Assembly (NCBI GenBank): GCA_965203295.1
Contig: CBDBCZ010000013.1
Coordinates: 416,001-480,000 of the forward strand
DNA length: 64,000 nucleotides
Source of the DNA: Nitrospirales bacterium
GTDB taxonomy: Bacteria > Nitrospirota > Nitrospiria > Nitrospirales > UBA8639
Reading direction: 5' to 3'
The notes under the pieces were generated by a model. It did not search any database. It had not been told where the DNA came from and saw nothing but the letters and a program-made list of their open reading frames with translations. The translations under genes were made by a program, and so were the position numbers. Below, in pieces: positions 1-24,647 of the stretch (within the stretch, counting starts at the first letter, position 1; each line of letters starts with the position of its first letter).

Positions 1-1005
1 CCAGACTATATACCTAGCAGTTCACCACCAAAAATATATCAGATACCAACCAGCAGCACTGCAGGAACACAGGTATAATAAGGACTGGGCCCGCAGTGTA
101 GTTTACATACATTCAACATGCAGCTATCAAGCACAAAAAGTTTTGAAGTTATACAAAACATTTCTTAGCACCTACTTTAACAATCCATAGCCCAACGCAT
201 GGTTATTCCTATATTCCAAACAGTACAACAAAAGCTCCAAGGTGATAAATACTGCCCAGGTACAAAGAAAAGGGGGCGTATAAATATTGTTTGTCATGAA
301 GGAGGTGTACACAGAGTGATAAAACTTAATATACCATGTGATTCTTGGGTGAAAACTAAGAAAATTTATATAGGGTTCTCTATTTTCAGTTTCTGTGAGG
401 AAGTATGGCCAATACAAAAGTATAAACAATTTATGTGGGGCATTATGGAGGCATGTGAAAATGGTGTCTCAGGCAGCTAGCTACATGCCTGCCGCCTTCA
501 AGCCTGTGGCTCAACAAGGGACAGAGATCTGGATAAGTCCACCACATGTTACCAAGGGAGGTTCATTACCACTCCCAGGTAGTAGAGTGTATGTAGCTTC
601 AATATGAGTAGAGATATCAGCACTAGAAACGAATGGCACGATCAAGCAATGCGAATGTGACTTTTAAGCAGTGTATCCGAGTTTAACTTTAGCCAGACAC
701 ATGCTTATATGCATCCTAGCAACACATTTGTGACAGTAACAACTCAATCCTTTGACGTGGGCACTGGGCCATACCTAACTGCTCTGGTAGCCACCCTTGA
801 GCACTCACCTGTAACTAATTCGCTTGCTACAAATCTGTTATAGCAATCCTTCAGCTTCACCTCAGCCAATAAATCACTAAACTGCTTCCACCTCATGCTA
901 TATACAATCTATTTTTAACCGACTCAGGTGGTGGAGGGTTTGGAACAGTGATGAGACGATTCTGTGTATGTGTGTACGTGTGTGCATTTTTAATGACTGT
1001 ACTCA

Positions 1006-13784
<12,779 letters not shown>

Positions 13785-14003
13785 GACAAACCTACAAGAA
13801 AGGAAATATAGTTAATAGAATTAGCAACCACAATGAAGATTATTGGAATTATGGAGAGATCACCTAGATGTACGTACCTAGACATCTGAGTTTGCTTCTG
13901 CAAATCTGCCTTGCGGTACATATAATCTCCTTGGTCAATAATCAGTAGCTGCTTTGCATCCGTGCATGCATTCAATGAAGTTACCAATGGGAGGGGCTCA
14001 GCC

Positions 14004-14270
14004 TAGTCTCGTACCCAGCCCCACGTTAGAAAGGTGGGTCTGGCTCTCCGTATATTCAAAGTTGGGTTAGCATTACATCATATTACATCACCAAACGAAT
14101 AGTGTCCACGTGGCCACTAGTATCGATATCCAGATACTGCACCATTTAGTGATGTAATACTATAATCAACCAATCACATTGCCGGTCCAGATCTGACGTA
14201 AAGCTGCCCCAACTTTGAATATACGGGGAGCGAGACCCACCTTCCTAACGCGGGGCTGGGCACGAGACTA
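14004..14270. mobile_element. AcademH-like MITE (267 bp)
   Basis: Termini TAGTCTCG...CGAGACTA, long imperfect TIRs, and an exact 9-bp TSD GGCTCAGCC (13995-14003 and 14271-14279). TAG..CTA ends with a 9-bp TSD are known AcademH features; the superfamily call is inference. Confidence 0.75.
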
Positions 14271-15888
14271 GGCTCAGCCCAGTGCAAGGCAACTAATGCA
14301 CGCCAATAACAGCCCATGGTGGTGATAGCTAGCAATAACTCCTCTGTTTTTTTCTCTATCCCACTCCCAATACAGCTAAAACTACGTATATTTTATTTCC
14401 ACTGATAGCATAAGAATTCAGTGTGATCACTGCTGGGGTAGGTTGAAAAAAGATAAATTATTAACTCTCTGCCCCCAATGTCAATACTGTTAGTATAGCA
14501 AACAGATAATAGAGCAATTGTAGTCCCAACATGGCCTCTATACCCCTTGGCCCTTTACATTCTATTTGGGTGTAGAGACTCAAAACACTCTCCAGTACTA
14601 TTGCTATATTCTGCTTTTATGACCACAGTTCTATAATAGTGGGTACTTTACCACAACATTTACACATAAACTGATTTATTGAGTACAGCATGTAGAGTAC
14701 TCCATATGAATGACAATTCATCACATTCAATCAATGAAGTTCACAAACGAAAGCTGGTGATAGATGAAAGTGAGTTTCAAGATGATGCTGTTGGATTGAT
14801 GTTTAAGCAGGCAGGTTGGTGTCAGGCACATAAAGCGGTAAGTATTATCTACTATTGCAGCAGTTAACTGTGAGGGCTGTTATTGTAAAAACATGATTAT
14901 TTTTGTGTGTGCTGTGATTAAGCTTATAATATTGGGCTCTGTGATAGCACTGCTGTTGGTCTGCTGTGGTTAGCTTTATGGCATTACTGCCATCAGTCTG
15001 ATATATATATGTTGGGCTTTGTGGTGCATGGTACTGCTGTCAGCCTGATATATGACTGGCCACTACTACAATACTTATTTGACCACACTATGTAAGCATT
15101 AAATAATATTAATAATTGCATTCTGTTGTCACAACAATAATGCAATGAGACCAGACCTACTTTTCATGTGAGGGGCTGGCTCACGAGACTGCTGTCGGAT
15201 ATGGCTGTCATTCTTATGAAATGGACTTTGGTTGTTCTTAAACAACTACCACACTATGCCACACATTATCCGGTAGTCATGGAAAAGTACATATTGAGCT
15301 TACGTACATAGACGTATACAAGTATATTTAGTGCAGAATCTGTCGCAATAAATCCCAGGACTCTCAAGCTAATTGTAGGTCTGATTCACAGTTATATTAA
15401 AGCTTCCAAAGGGCCTGCATGTCTATAGATCAATAACGAAGACTTATTATCTACTTGGAATCAAGAACGCACAAAGCTGACTTTACAAATCCAAAAACAC
15501 CGCCATTGCAATAAGTCAGCATTCTCGATGTCTGGACATATACCCATAGACCTACAGATATAGCCGTGACTTGAGCAGCATCAGTCTCTTGGATTTGGAG
15601 GGATTTACCACAAATGTCTTTCGAGCTGGTATGTGAATATAGTGCCTGTACCGTTTGCCTCCTAATTAACTTGCATATATTACATATGGGACCGGTTATG
15701 TGAAAAATGAGGCATACACACTATACTTCCACTTGCGGCATGATTTCCCATTTCTGGCAATGATCTCAGACTACTCACACGACATCCTCCCACTACCTTG
15801 CACACTCTACACTAGTAATGCATGCTCAGAGGCAATAAAGATTGCAGATGTTCACAGTATACAAACTTTAACTTTGCCTCCCTCATAC

Positions 15889-16152
15889 TAGTCTCATGCC
15901 CAGCCCCACGTTAGAAAGGTGGGTCTGGCTCCCTATATATTCAAAGTTGGGGCAGCTTTACGGCACCGGTCCCAGATCTGGACCGCCAATGTGATGGGTT
16001 ATTATAGCATTACATCACTAAACAGTTGCTGTATCGGATATCCATAATAGTGGCCACATGGACACTATCCGTTTGGTGATGTAACGCTAACCCAACTTTG
16101 AATATACGGAGAGCCAGACCACCTCTCTAACATGGGGCTGGGCACGAGACTA
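15889..16152. mobile_element. Second copy of the AcademH-like MITE, inverted relative to 14004-14270
   Basis: Same TIRs; flanking CCCTCATAC at 15880-15888 and 16155-16163, with an extra TA on the right. Confidence 0.75.
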
Positions 16153-16206
16153 TACCCTCATACATACTACAGATTCACAATGCTGGTGACGCTGCACTAA
16201 CTTATA

Positions 16207-17558
16207 GGGGGAAGAACCAGGGTTTTTCCCTTGAGTAGTACTACTACTACTATAGCTAGGGAAACTTATTGGGGAAAGAACCAGGGTGTTTCCCTTGCGT
16301 ATACTGCCAGCTAGCTTGTAGGGGGAAGTCCCAGGGCGTTTCCCTTGCTATAGTAGTAGTAGTAGTACTGTACTACAAGCAAGGGAAACACCCTGGTTCT
16401 TAGCAGCACATACATTGACATCTGTTCATACTGAACGTGGGGCTAGGCTGAGCTGGGCTGGGCATGACACTACCCACATACCTATTACAAATTCACAATG
16501 CTGGTGACCTACACTTATAGGGGGAAGAACCAGGGTGTTTCCCTTGAGTAGTACTACTACTACTATCTAGGGAAACATATACTATAGTGCGTGGGTGGAT
16601 CACATATAAACCCAGCCTAAATATACACCAGTGTATATTTCAGACATTTATTTAACAGGAAATTAGTGGATGTGAAAATTAGAAGCAGCAGACATGCATG
16701 TAACTAATATCACAGCAATACTAAAGCTAGAAAGGTCACTTGTTGATACGTGCGTTCATGGTACAATCGTGCATATAAAATTTGCAAAGTTGAACTGACG
16801 GGAAATGTCATCCATGGATAGGGCTGAGCCGATTATGCTCAAAAACTTACCTATTATGCTATGCTGCACTGCTCCAAAATCTTCCTATTATGCTCAACAA
16901 ATGCCCCTATTATGCTCATTAAATGTGACCCTCATAGCGAAAACCAACAACCTGGACTGTTTCAAGTACGCTTGGGTGGTGTGTATTTCTTAATTTTAGT
17001 ATGTTAGTTGATATTGGACCACTCCCCTACAAGGTTGGACGGTAAGACATGGCGGCTTCGCTCGCTCTGCTGTCTGACGATGGGCTCGGGTTCAGATCTA
17101 GAGTCATTAGAGCATCCAAATTGGTCTCGGAGAGAAGTGGATGACAGTCACCGAGCAAGCTATCCAGTGCGCCATCATGATCTAGTTCGAGAAACTCTTC
17201 CATCCTCACCTATTCGTACTTCTCTTTCGAATTGGCACGAGGTAGTATATATGCGCATGCGCACTAACCGTCCATCCACACATCTATAGCATATATACGA
17301 TAATAGCATGGTTAGTATACAGTGTATATGCAACACGCACCTCGGTCATCGGAAGTTTACGTCATATATATTGCATATATACACCTACTAACCATGCTAT
17401 ACGATATACTTATAGGGGGAAGAACCAGGGTGTTTCCCTTGATATAGTACAGTAGTAGTACTACTACTACTGTACTACAAGCATAGATAGTAGAGTAGAA
17501 GGACACTCTACTCTACTATCTACGCTACAAGCAAGGGAAACACCCAGGTTCTTTCCCC
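16207..17558. repeat. Cluster of palindromic repeats GGGGAAGAACCAGGGTGTTTCCCTTG-(TAG/TAC)n-CAAGGGAAACACCC
   Basis: Full or partial copies at ~16207-16402 (several), ~16519-16578 and ~17414-17558. Confidence 0.75.
17290..17414. mobile_element. Degenerate hairpin-type element
   Basis: Inverted arms ATAGCATGGTTAGTA...TGTATATGCAA / TTGCATATATACA...TACTAACCATGCTAT, ending in ATACTTATA like the other hairpin families. Confidence 0.5.
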
Positions 17559-18609
17559 TCCCCCCCCCCCCCCCTCCCCACTGACATATATCTGTGAAAC
17601 ATTCCTGATACACACCCATACCATAATGACTAGGTTAAAAGTACTGCTTGATGTGGTTTAGCAGTCATAACATCTTGCTTTGGTAAATAGAATATAATAG
17701 TTATATCACTGCAAAAGGTGTGTCATACAAATGGTGTTTATATCAGCACATACACTGACATCTGCTCATACTTACTCATTGCCTATATAAACTACATGTA
17801 CTCAGAACCCACACTGTACTTTCATAATGATTATACTTTCATATTGCATGCATGTTGACTCCCTCACAGATGTCCCCATGCATGTAATACTATTACATGT
17901 AAGATGGTGTGGTATATGCATGCAATACTTACATCCCTGCAACACACGAATGCGTTTCAACAAGCCTGCAGAACCAATTAAGAGGCTAAGTTGAATGAAG
18001 CTGCCTCATATCATCATACATGTAATTATAATATTTATTCATGGGATATCTGTGAGGGAGTCGACATGCAGTGCAGCTGAAGGCTATCAGGCCTATTGAG
18101 CTAATATATACACCAGAGGTAAATCTTTTATACTTTAACTGAGGAGGAATATATACTGATTTATACAATGGTAACTTAGCAGGGACATTCCTCAGTTATT
18201 GAGGGCTATAGACTTTTAGCAAAGTGGAAGTAATGGGGGGAAGCCAAATTAACAGAGCATACATGCATCATCACAACAGAGGTAAACAAACTAGCTTTTT
18301 CCCAGATCAGCTATCTACGTAGGCCTACTTGCAAACATTATGGAAAACGCATGCAGTAAAGCAACCCAGAATAATAAAAATTGAGGCCCAGGGGATTGAA
18401 TCCGGTGGCTCTAGACATTATGTATCTCTAGGCTGCAGCTACTGAAGCCCCTGATGAGAAGGTCAGCAGGAAAACTTACTTCTGAATCAAGTCTGAGAGG
18501 GGCTTGACGGTTTTGACGCTTTATTAGTTTCGTCACGGCATCCGACCGGGCCGAGAAACATCGCACCGTCCAACTGGCAACACTACTGATTTTTAATACC
18601 ACGGACTAG

Positions 18610-18678
18610 ACGTCACTATATTAGGGGCGGAGCCAGGACTTTGAAGGGGCGGAGCCAGGACTGTGAAGGGGCGGAGCC
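18610..18678. promoter_or_regulatory. Putative promoter: three GC boxes (GGGGCGGAGC) in a 23-bp tandem repeat plus a CRE-like GACGTCA
   Basis: Motifs seen directly in a CpG-rich patch. A minus-strand GTAAGT donor near 18479 could end a 5'-UTR exon of the CARD-GTPase gene. Confidence 0.45.
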
Positions 18679-18718
18679 TCGAGGGCATTGGGCTTGGGCA
18701 GGGTTTTAGTAGTCTCAG

Positions 18719-18763
18719 TAGTCTCGTGCCCAGACCACACCGTGTGGTCTGGGCACGAGACTA
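18719..18763. mobile_element. 45-bp palindromic mini-element with TAGTCTCG termini
   Basis: TAGTCTCGTGCCCAGACCACAC-C-GTGTGGTCTGGGCACGAGACTA; GGTTTTAG on both sides, with an extra TAGTCTCAG on the left. Confidence 0.7.
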
Positions 18764-20320
18764 GGTTTTAGCGCCTTACGTACGTACACGTGTATGTCAC
18801 CGCCTAGTCTCGTGCACGCCGAGCTACCCCGCCCTCCATGAGACTATATACCAGCCCACTTCCGCTGAGGGCTAGGGACGTATTCCTCTGGGCCGGTGCA
18901 ATCACAGTGCAGTATCTGCACAGCTCATGATGACAGGAAATTAAACTTGAAAAGCTGTGGTTTGATAGCTACAAAGGGAAAAATCAGTAATCACTACATC
19001 ATCAAAAAATTGTAGATATAATGAACACAGCATGGGCATGGTTCATTACATACTTACCTTTATAGCTGCTAAGAAAACCTATAGACATTTGATTGTTATG
19101 TTCCAAGCATTAGACCATCATAAATAATCAATTAGCACTTTCCTTTGAAGTGTGCCAGTTAAATACTGGCTAGTTGCTTCGTTACCAAAACTTAAGGTTA
19201 CAGGGTACTTAGTAGCAGAGATAGATCCCTTGTTACCTAACAGGCGCTCCAAAGACTTGATATTTGGCATCAATTAATGCATGTTGTCAGAACAAATATA
19301 GCTACAGATCATTTTGGGAAAGCGTAAAGGAAAAGAGAACCTGCAACCATCTCACTTGCAGATTGTTTTCTTTGCCCTAGCTCTAGCTACTGCACATCGT
19401 TTCCATTGCCCACTACTGGTGGCATTACATACACTGAACTTTAATTTTAGAAATTCAGCACACTAAGTGACTTATCCATAATGCAGTGTATGGTTGACAG
19501 TATTGGTATTTTATCTGAGCATTTTTTTTGCTGCTAGGTATAGCTATAGTCCCTTAGTATGCTGAAATAATATTATGCCTATATAGCTAGCGGATGTAGA
19601 GGGTGTATACTAATTTTAGTGATCTAAAATTATGTGTATATGTTATGATACTACACATAAATGTAATTATGTGGTTCATACAAGTCATACACAGCATCAT
19701 CCAGAGCAACAGCGGCAATGTATGGGAAATGTTCAGAAAAAAATTAAAGAAAAGGGGTCAAAGTTGTGCATACAAGTCACTAGAGAGACTCAGAGGAGAT
19801 GAAGCTGATGAGTGGAATTTGCTTGAAGGCACTGCCTCCTGGAGATCTGGCACCTCATGCAGACACACTGGATAGACCGGGAGAGTATAGGAGAGAGAAG
19901 GACATTAAGCTACATCTGATCCATGCAATGGGACATGACGAGGGGAGTGAAGGCTCGCTTTTTGAGATTCTTGTGTTTTCTGTGGTAGGTGCATGGGAAG
20001 AGGTTGTCAAATCGACGGGATGTGTTTAAAGCGATGTAGCTATACTGGAAGTGTAAATGCAACCCGGTGGCTCTCGCCAATTTCCATGTATTACAGTCTC
20101 ATTCTTAGCCCACACAGTGGGTCACAATCAAGACTATAAGTAGCTGTGCTTATAGCTAGCTATAGTTTCACGTCATGAAACCTACTCAGGTAATTCTGCC
20201 ATGTTAACACCTACAAAATTGACACCTGTCGTATTACCTACGCTTTACTAGTGCCATAGATAGTCTATGCTAGTGCCATACCTAGTCTTGGAAAGAGAAG
20301 TGCTAGCTATATACTATACG

Positions 20321-23300
20321 ATGTCAGAAGAGCTTGTGAACAGTGAGCAGGTTATGCACAAAAATCCCGCCTCTTCGCAGCAGCTGCATGTACACCTTGT
20401 CCAGCCGCACTCGCAAGACTCCGAGAAGAAGCAGAATGCTGACTCAAAGCCGGAAGATTCGAAGCAAGAGAAGTTGAGCGAACGAGTCTGTCCCGTTTTA
20501 ACGAAGAAGGAAATGGGTCGAATGATCGAGATGGGACTCGGGAGAGGAGTAGACGCCACCGATGCGTCCCCCTGGGTCAGCAAGTCCTCCTTCCAGGTGC
20601 GAAGAGTCACTTTTGACAGTGTGATTGGTACTGAAGAAGGCGGAGCCTTGCAAAGTTACGAACGGGAAATCTCGAGGTACGTGCTTTTAATGTACCGTTC
20701 TCGCCTATATAAACGTCATGTTTGTGTAATTTACTACGAAGTGGTTATTGCATGGCAGTAAGTCAGTTGGGTGTAGAGTTAGGGGGGTGAAGGTAGGGCA
20801 TATAGAGGTTAACCGCTGGGTTTAGAGCTATATAGCTGCATTGTGTGTATCGATTTGCACTAGTGCGCATGCGCGAACATTGGCCGCTGGCGTGTAGTGG
20901 AGGAATTTCCCATTGTACTTCTGTTTAAGCAGTACCAGTGGCCACTGGACCTTGGTATTATTGCTGTTGCGGTAAGTGTATAGTAGACTACTACTTAGTC
21001 TTAGAGCATGATATGAATAATTCCTTTTGATGTAATGAGTCGCCTAAACCACGTAGTAGCGTAGTCAGCAGGTCACTAAGTGGCAGGTCACTATGTCTCC
21101 AGTTAGTGACCTGCGGTCTCCAGTTAGTGACCTGCGGTCTCCAGTTAGAGACCTGGGAAGCCTTATATGAATCATGAACATCTGCCATGTACAAATGCTG
21201 AATTGTACTACATGTAGCATAAAGCTAACAGAAATAAGCTTAGCATTCATATACAAAGCCGTTTACACAGCGGGTAGAAAGCTAATGGAGTGGGTAAGTG
21301 CTGCGGTTGTTGCTGCTTACTTGGCCATCATAGTACTAGCTGGATGTCTGCCAGTGACAGAGGCGCGAAAACGATACCGCTGTAGTTAGGACAACTTGAG
21401 GCAGCTGTACAAACGGCGAGAAATCACAACTGTGACGCCTTGGGGCAGTTCTGGAGGCTTGTCATGGCAAGATCAAACTCAGACGGGCAAAAACAACCTT
21501 GCGGTGGATCCCACGAACTAGCAAGGATAGACAGACTGTCTCCATTCTCTACGCTCATGCTCTAAGCCGGTTAGAGACCGATGCGAGTCACTACTCGGTT
21601 TTGAAACCTCGTGGTCGGGGCGAGAATGTTGCAATAGTAACCTCGGCTTCGCCTCGGTCACTATTGCAACATTCACGCCCCTCCCCCTCGGTTTCTAAAA
21701 CCTCGTAGTGACTCGCATCCGATCTCTAACCTATACTTAGATGGAATGGACACCGGGTTTGCATGTGTCCTTGTTAATTGGTGTTATTGTTAGGAATTTT
21801 GTTGGTCTTTGCAGGAATTAGCTAATAAGCGGTAAGCTATTGGTCTGTGTTATAGTAGGTGTTGTTTATGTTGCTAGGTTCTTTGGTGTTAAGTATTTGC
21901 TGTTGTAGCAGAGGTAGCCCCGATGTTTGAGCGCCTGGGTACGAGGCTATAGCAGAGGAAGATAGTATTTCTGGATGTACGTAGAGTTTTGTTGGAAGAG
22001 TTAAGCTCAGCCTGGTACACATAGCTACACACCGGCTTACGTAGATTATGAAGAATGTGTAGTCGTTTAGAAAAGGGCCTGGCCAAAGCAAAAAGCAGTT
22101 CATCTCAGGTGTGGTAGGTATGTATGTATTGCAACCTGGTGCTGGTGGGTATGAAATTTGATCTTTCATTTTTGAAACCCGAGGCTTCAGAGACTGGAGA
22201 GGGATGGTGCTTTGCACTAACAATTCAGAATCGCTGTAGCCGTTGCAGATACCTGTTCAGCCTGGAGCTTGGAAAACAAACAAGTAGCTAACTCTAGAGT
22301 CCTACTTTACTTCAGTTGACAATGCCAACTTATCATAAGTATACTCCAATGTAGTGTTGTAAAAATGTAGATCTAATACTATCTCTAAGGCTCTGAGACT
22401 CCCCCTTTTCACTAAAGGCTTTAGTTAAGTATTAGTTTAAGGTCAGTTTAAGGTGAGGGGAGTTTAAAGTCGGAGGCGAAGCCAAGGATTTTAACCCCTC
22501 ACCCAAACTGACCTTTACCTGTTTTAATGTACATTGGTATAGCAATGATCCCTGTATGTGGGTGTTATAGGCATGGGAAAAGTGGTTGCCATGGTAATGT
22601 ACATTAAGTGACTATATAGTGGACTGGTAATAATGACTGGTATGAAATTGCTACGTGTCTACATTCCTCAGCACCTGCCGTAAATTCCACTGCCTTTGTT
22701 TTCATTGCTACAGTGTACAATCTCAGCAGTCCGACTTGAAGGCATCCATTGCAGTTCCCCAGGCCCCCTTCACCATCGGAGTGGATGCCGAACACTCACG
22801 CAGTGTCAGCACCACCAGAAGGGCGGTGGGCAAGAAGGTCGTCAACAGAACGATCTCATTCCGGGCCGACTTCGAAGACCTTCCACAGTCCATCACGACG
22901 GATCCCAGTATGGCAAAAATGGAGTCTATTCCTAGTACGACGTGCAGCGTATCTGTGGATGAGTCGAAGCATAGTGTAGCCGATTCACAAAGTAGCGTGA
23001 CATTCGAAGAGCGTCTAGCAAAGTGGATTCTGGATTACCTCCACCACAAAGGAGAGGTGATAAGTGAGGCAGAGGGGAAGCTGGTCAAACCGAGTTTTGA
23101 AACCACCGGAAATCCTTTGGATGATATTGCCTCAGTGATTCACGAGTCCGGAGATGACGTTCAAAAGGTAATCCTTACTGCCTGCCGTGAGTTTGTCCAG
23201 TATTTCCGTGTGACACATTATGTCAGTGCCATTGAGCTCGGAGCATCCGAGTATCGGGTACTAAGCGAGACAGAATATTTCTCCCGAATAAAAGCTGGAG

Positions 23301-24647
23301 GGTCCTTTGGAGTAGAGTCGCTGGCCAATCTAGCCATCAGCTCGTCTTCTTCATGGAAGAAAACTAAGAAGGCATCTGATCTGAAGAGGATTGGCCGAAT
23401 CGACAACGACCGTGTTGAGCGAGGATCGTACGATGAAGCAGTTGTCGGGATGAGCATCCAGCCTATCAGCAACCTGGTGAGACTCCGCTACCTGCAGCTG
23501 ACCCTGAAGAAGGCTCTGCTGGAGTACGTTGAGACACAAGGAGACTCAACTGGTGAGTGTGGCTCTTTGTGATTCAGCAGACAGTACTACCTCTAAGTAT
23601 AGCATTTTATAGGCACTGTACCTGCATTTATAGGCTTTAATTTGAAACGGAGAATATCTCCTTAGTCAAAAGTTATTTTAATACTTTTGATTGCATTTAC
23701 TTCAGGGATTACGTAATTGCAAAGTGTAATAATGTGTAATGCAGCCCCATAATATCACCTCTCCCAAAACACACACATGCACACACACTCACACACACAC
23801 ACTCACACACACACACACACACATGCATGCACACACAGCTGGTCCTTACCTCATTGCCTGCAACGATGACAAAATCTTTTGGACGGTAAAACCTGACAAT
23901 AATTACGCAGTTGAAGCGACACGAGATATCAAACAAGCCTCTGCTTTTTTTGTCCTTTCGAATGAAGATGGTGGCCATCCATACGAATTCGTCATTGGTT
24001 TCTATGGAGACAGCCGTAAAGTACTAAAGCGAAAGGCAAGTACCCTAGCTAGTGCTACCCGACAGGTAATGGACCCCATCCCTCGCTATCTGCACACTCC
24101 AGTCAACGTTCTTGGCACGAACTTTGGCCCGCTTCACCTGAAACACCATGTGTTGGAGTCCCAATCGAGACTCACCCTCCACAGTCGTCTGTTCAAGCCC
24201 TACAATCCAGTTCATATTACGCCATGGGTGGACGGGCGGGAAGCTTTCTTCATCAATTGCGCTCGAAGGAGAGCCAAGCGGGACGGCTACATCTGTGTCA
24301 AGCTGGTGGCTGGTCAAAGAGGAGGGAGGCCAGAACTCCGAACAGGATGCGTGCCCACCAAAAGAAAGCACAATGAACGTAACACATGGATGCTCTTTCG
24401 CCTCCTCCCAATTTCGCTCCGAGACAAACCAGTAGTACCTGCTGGTGACCGCAATGAACCAGATGTTCTGTTCAATGTGGATGTGGAACTGGCACAGTAC
24501 GGGGCCCGAGACCACACTCCCAAGCCGTGTGAAAAGAGCAACAGGGCTGCTGTTCGTTTTGAATCTGGCAGCGATACCACCAAGTTACTACCAAGCACGG
24601 GTGGAAAGCACGTCGACAAAACAGCCGAATCCATTCCCCTCCCTTGA
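20321..24647 (+). CDS. MACPF-like (perforin/CDC fold) protein with a C-terminal beta-rich domain; exons 20321-20676, 22714-23552, 23839-24647; 667 aa
   Basis: Splice phases match. MACPF-like motifs: GLGRGVD near the N-terminus, a signature variant EFVQYFRVTHYVSAIELGA (cf. F...YGTHY.....GG), and C-terminal QPISNLV...LKKALLEYV. No hydrophobic N-terminal signal peptide. Confidence 0.7.
21096..21153. repeat. 21-bp tandem repeat (TCTCCAGTTAGTGACCTGCGG), about 2.7 copies
   Basis: Seen directly. Confidence 0.9.
21561..21739. mobile_element. Hairpin-type element in MACPF intron 1
   Basis: About 75-bp inverted arms around CCTCGGCTTCGCCTCGG; ends AACCTATACTTA. Confidence 0.7.
22425..22602. mobile_element. 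Hairpin-type element, family E, copy 2 (inverted)
   Basis: Reverse-complement match to 4011-4198; loop GGAGGCGAAGCCAAGG. Confidence 0.65.
23768..23837. repeat. Imperfect (CA)n microsatellite abutting a splice acceptor
   Basis: Seen directly. Confidence 0.9.

Noticed and set aside
16207..17558. Repeats with variable intervening sequence resembling a CRISPR array
   Set aside because: Spacing is irregular, copies are inverted, cores are microsatellites, there are no cas genes, and the context is eukaryotic.
21285..21389. Signal-peptide-like mini ORF (MEWVSAAVVAAYLAIIVLAGCLPVTEA...) in MACPF intron 1
   Set aside because: It stops after 34 codons, and I found no in-frame donor after the hydrophobic stretch to join it to MACPF exon 2.
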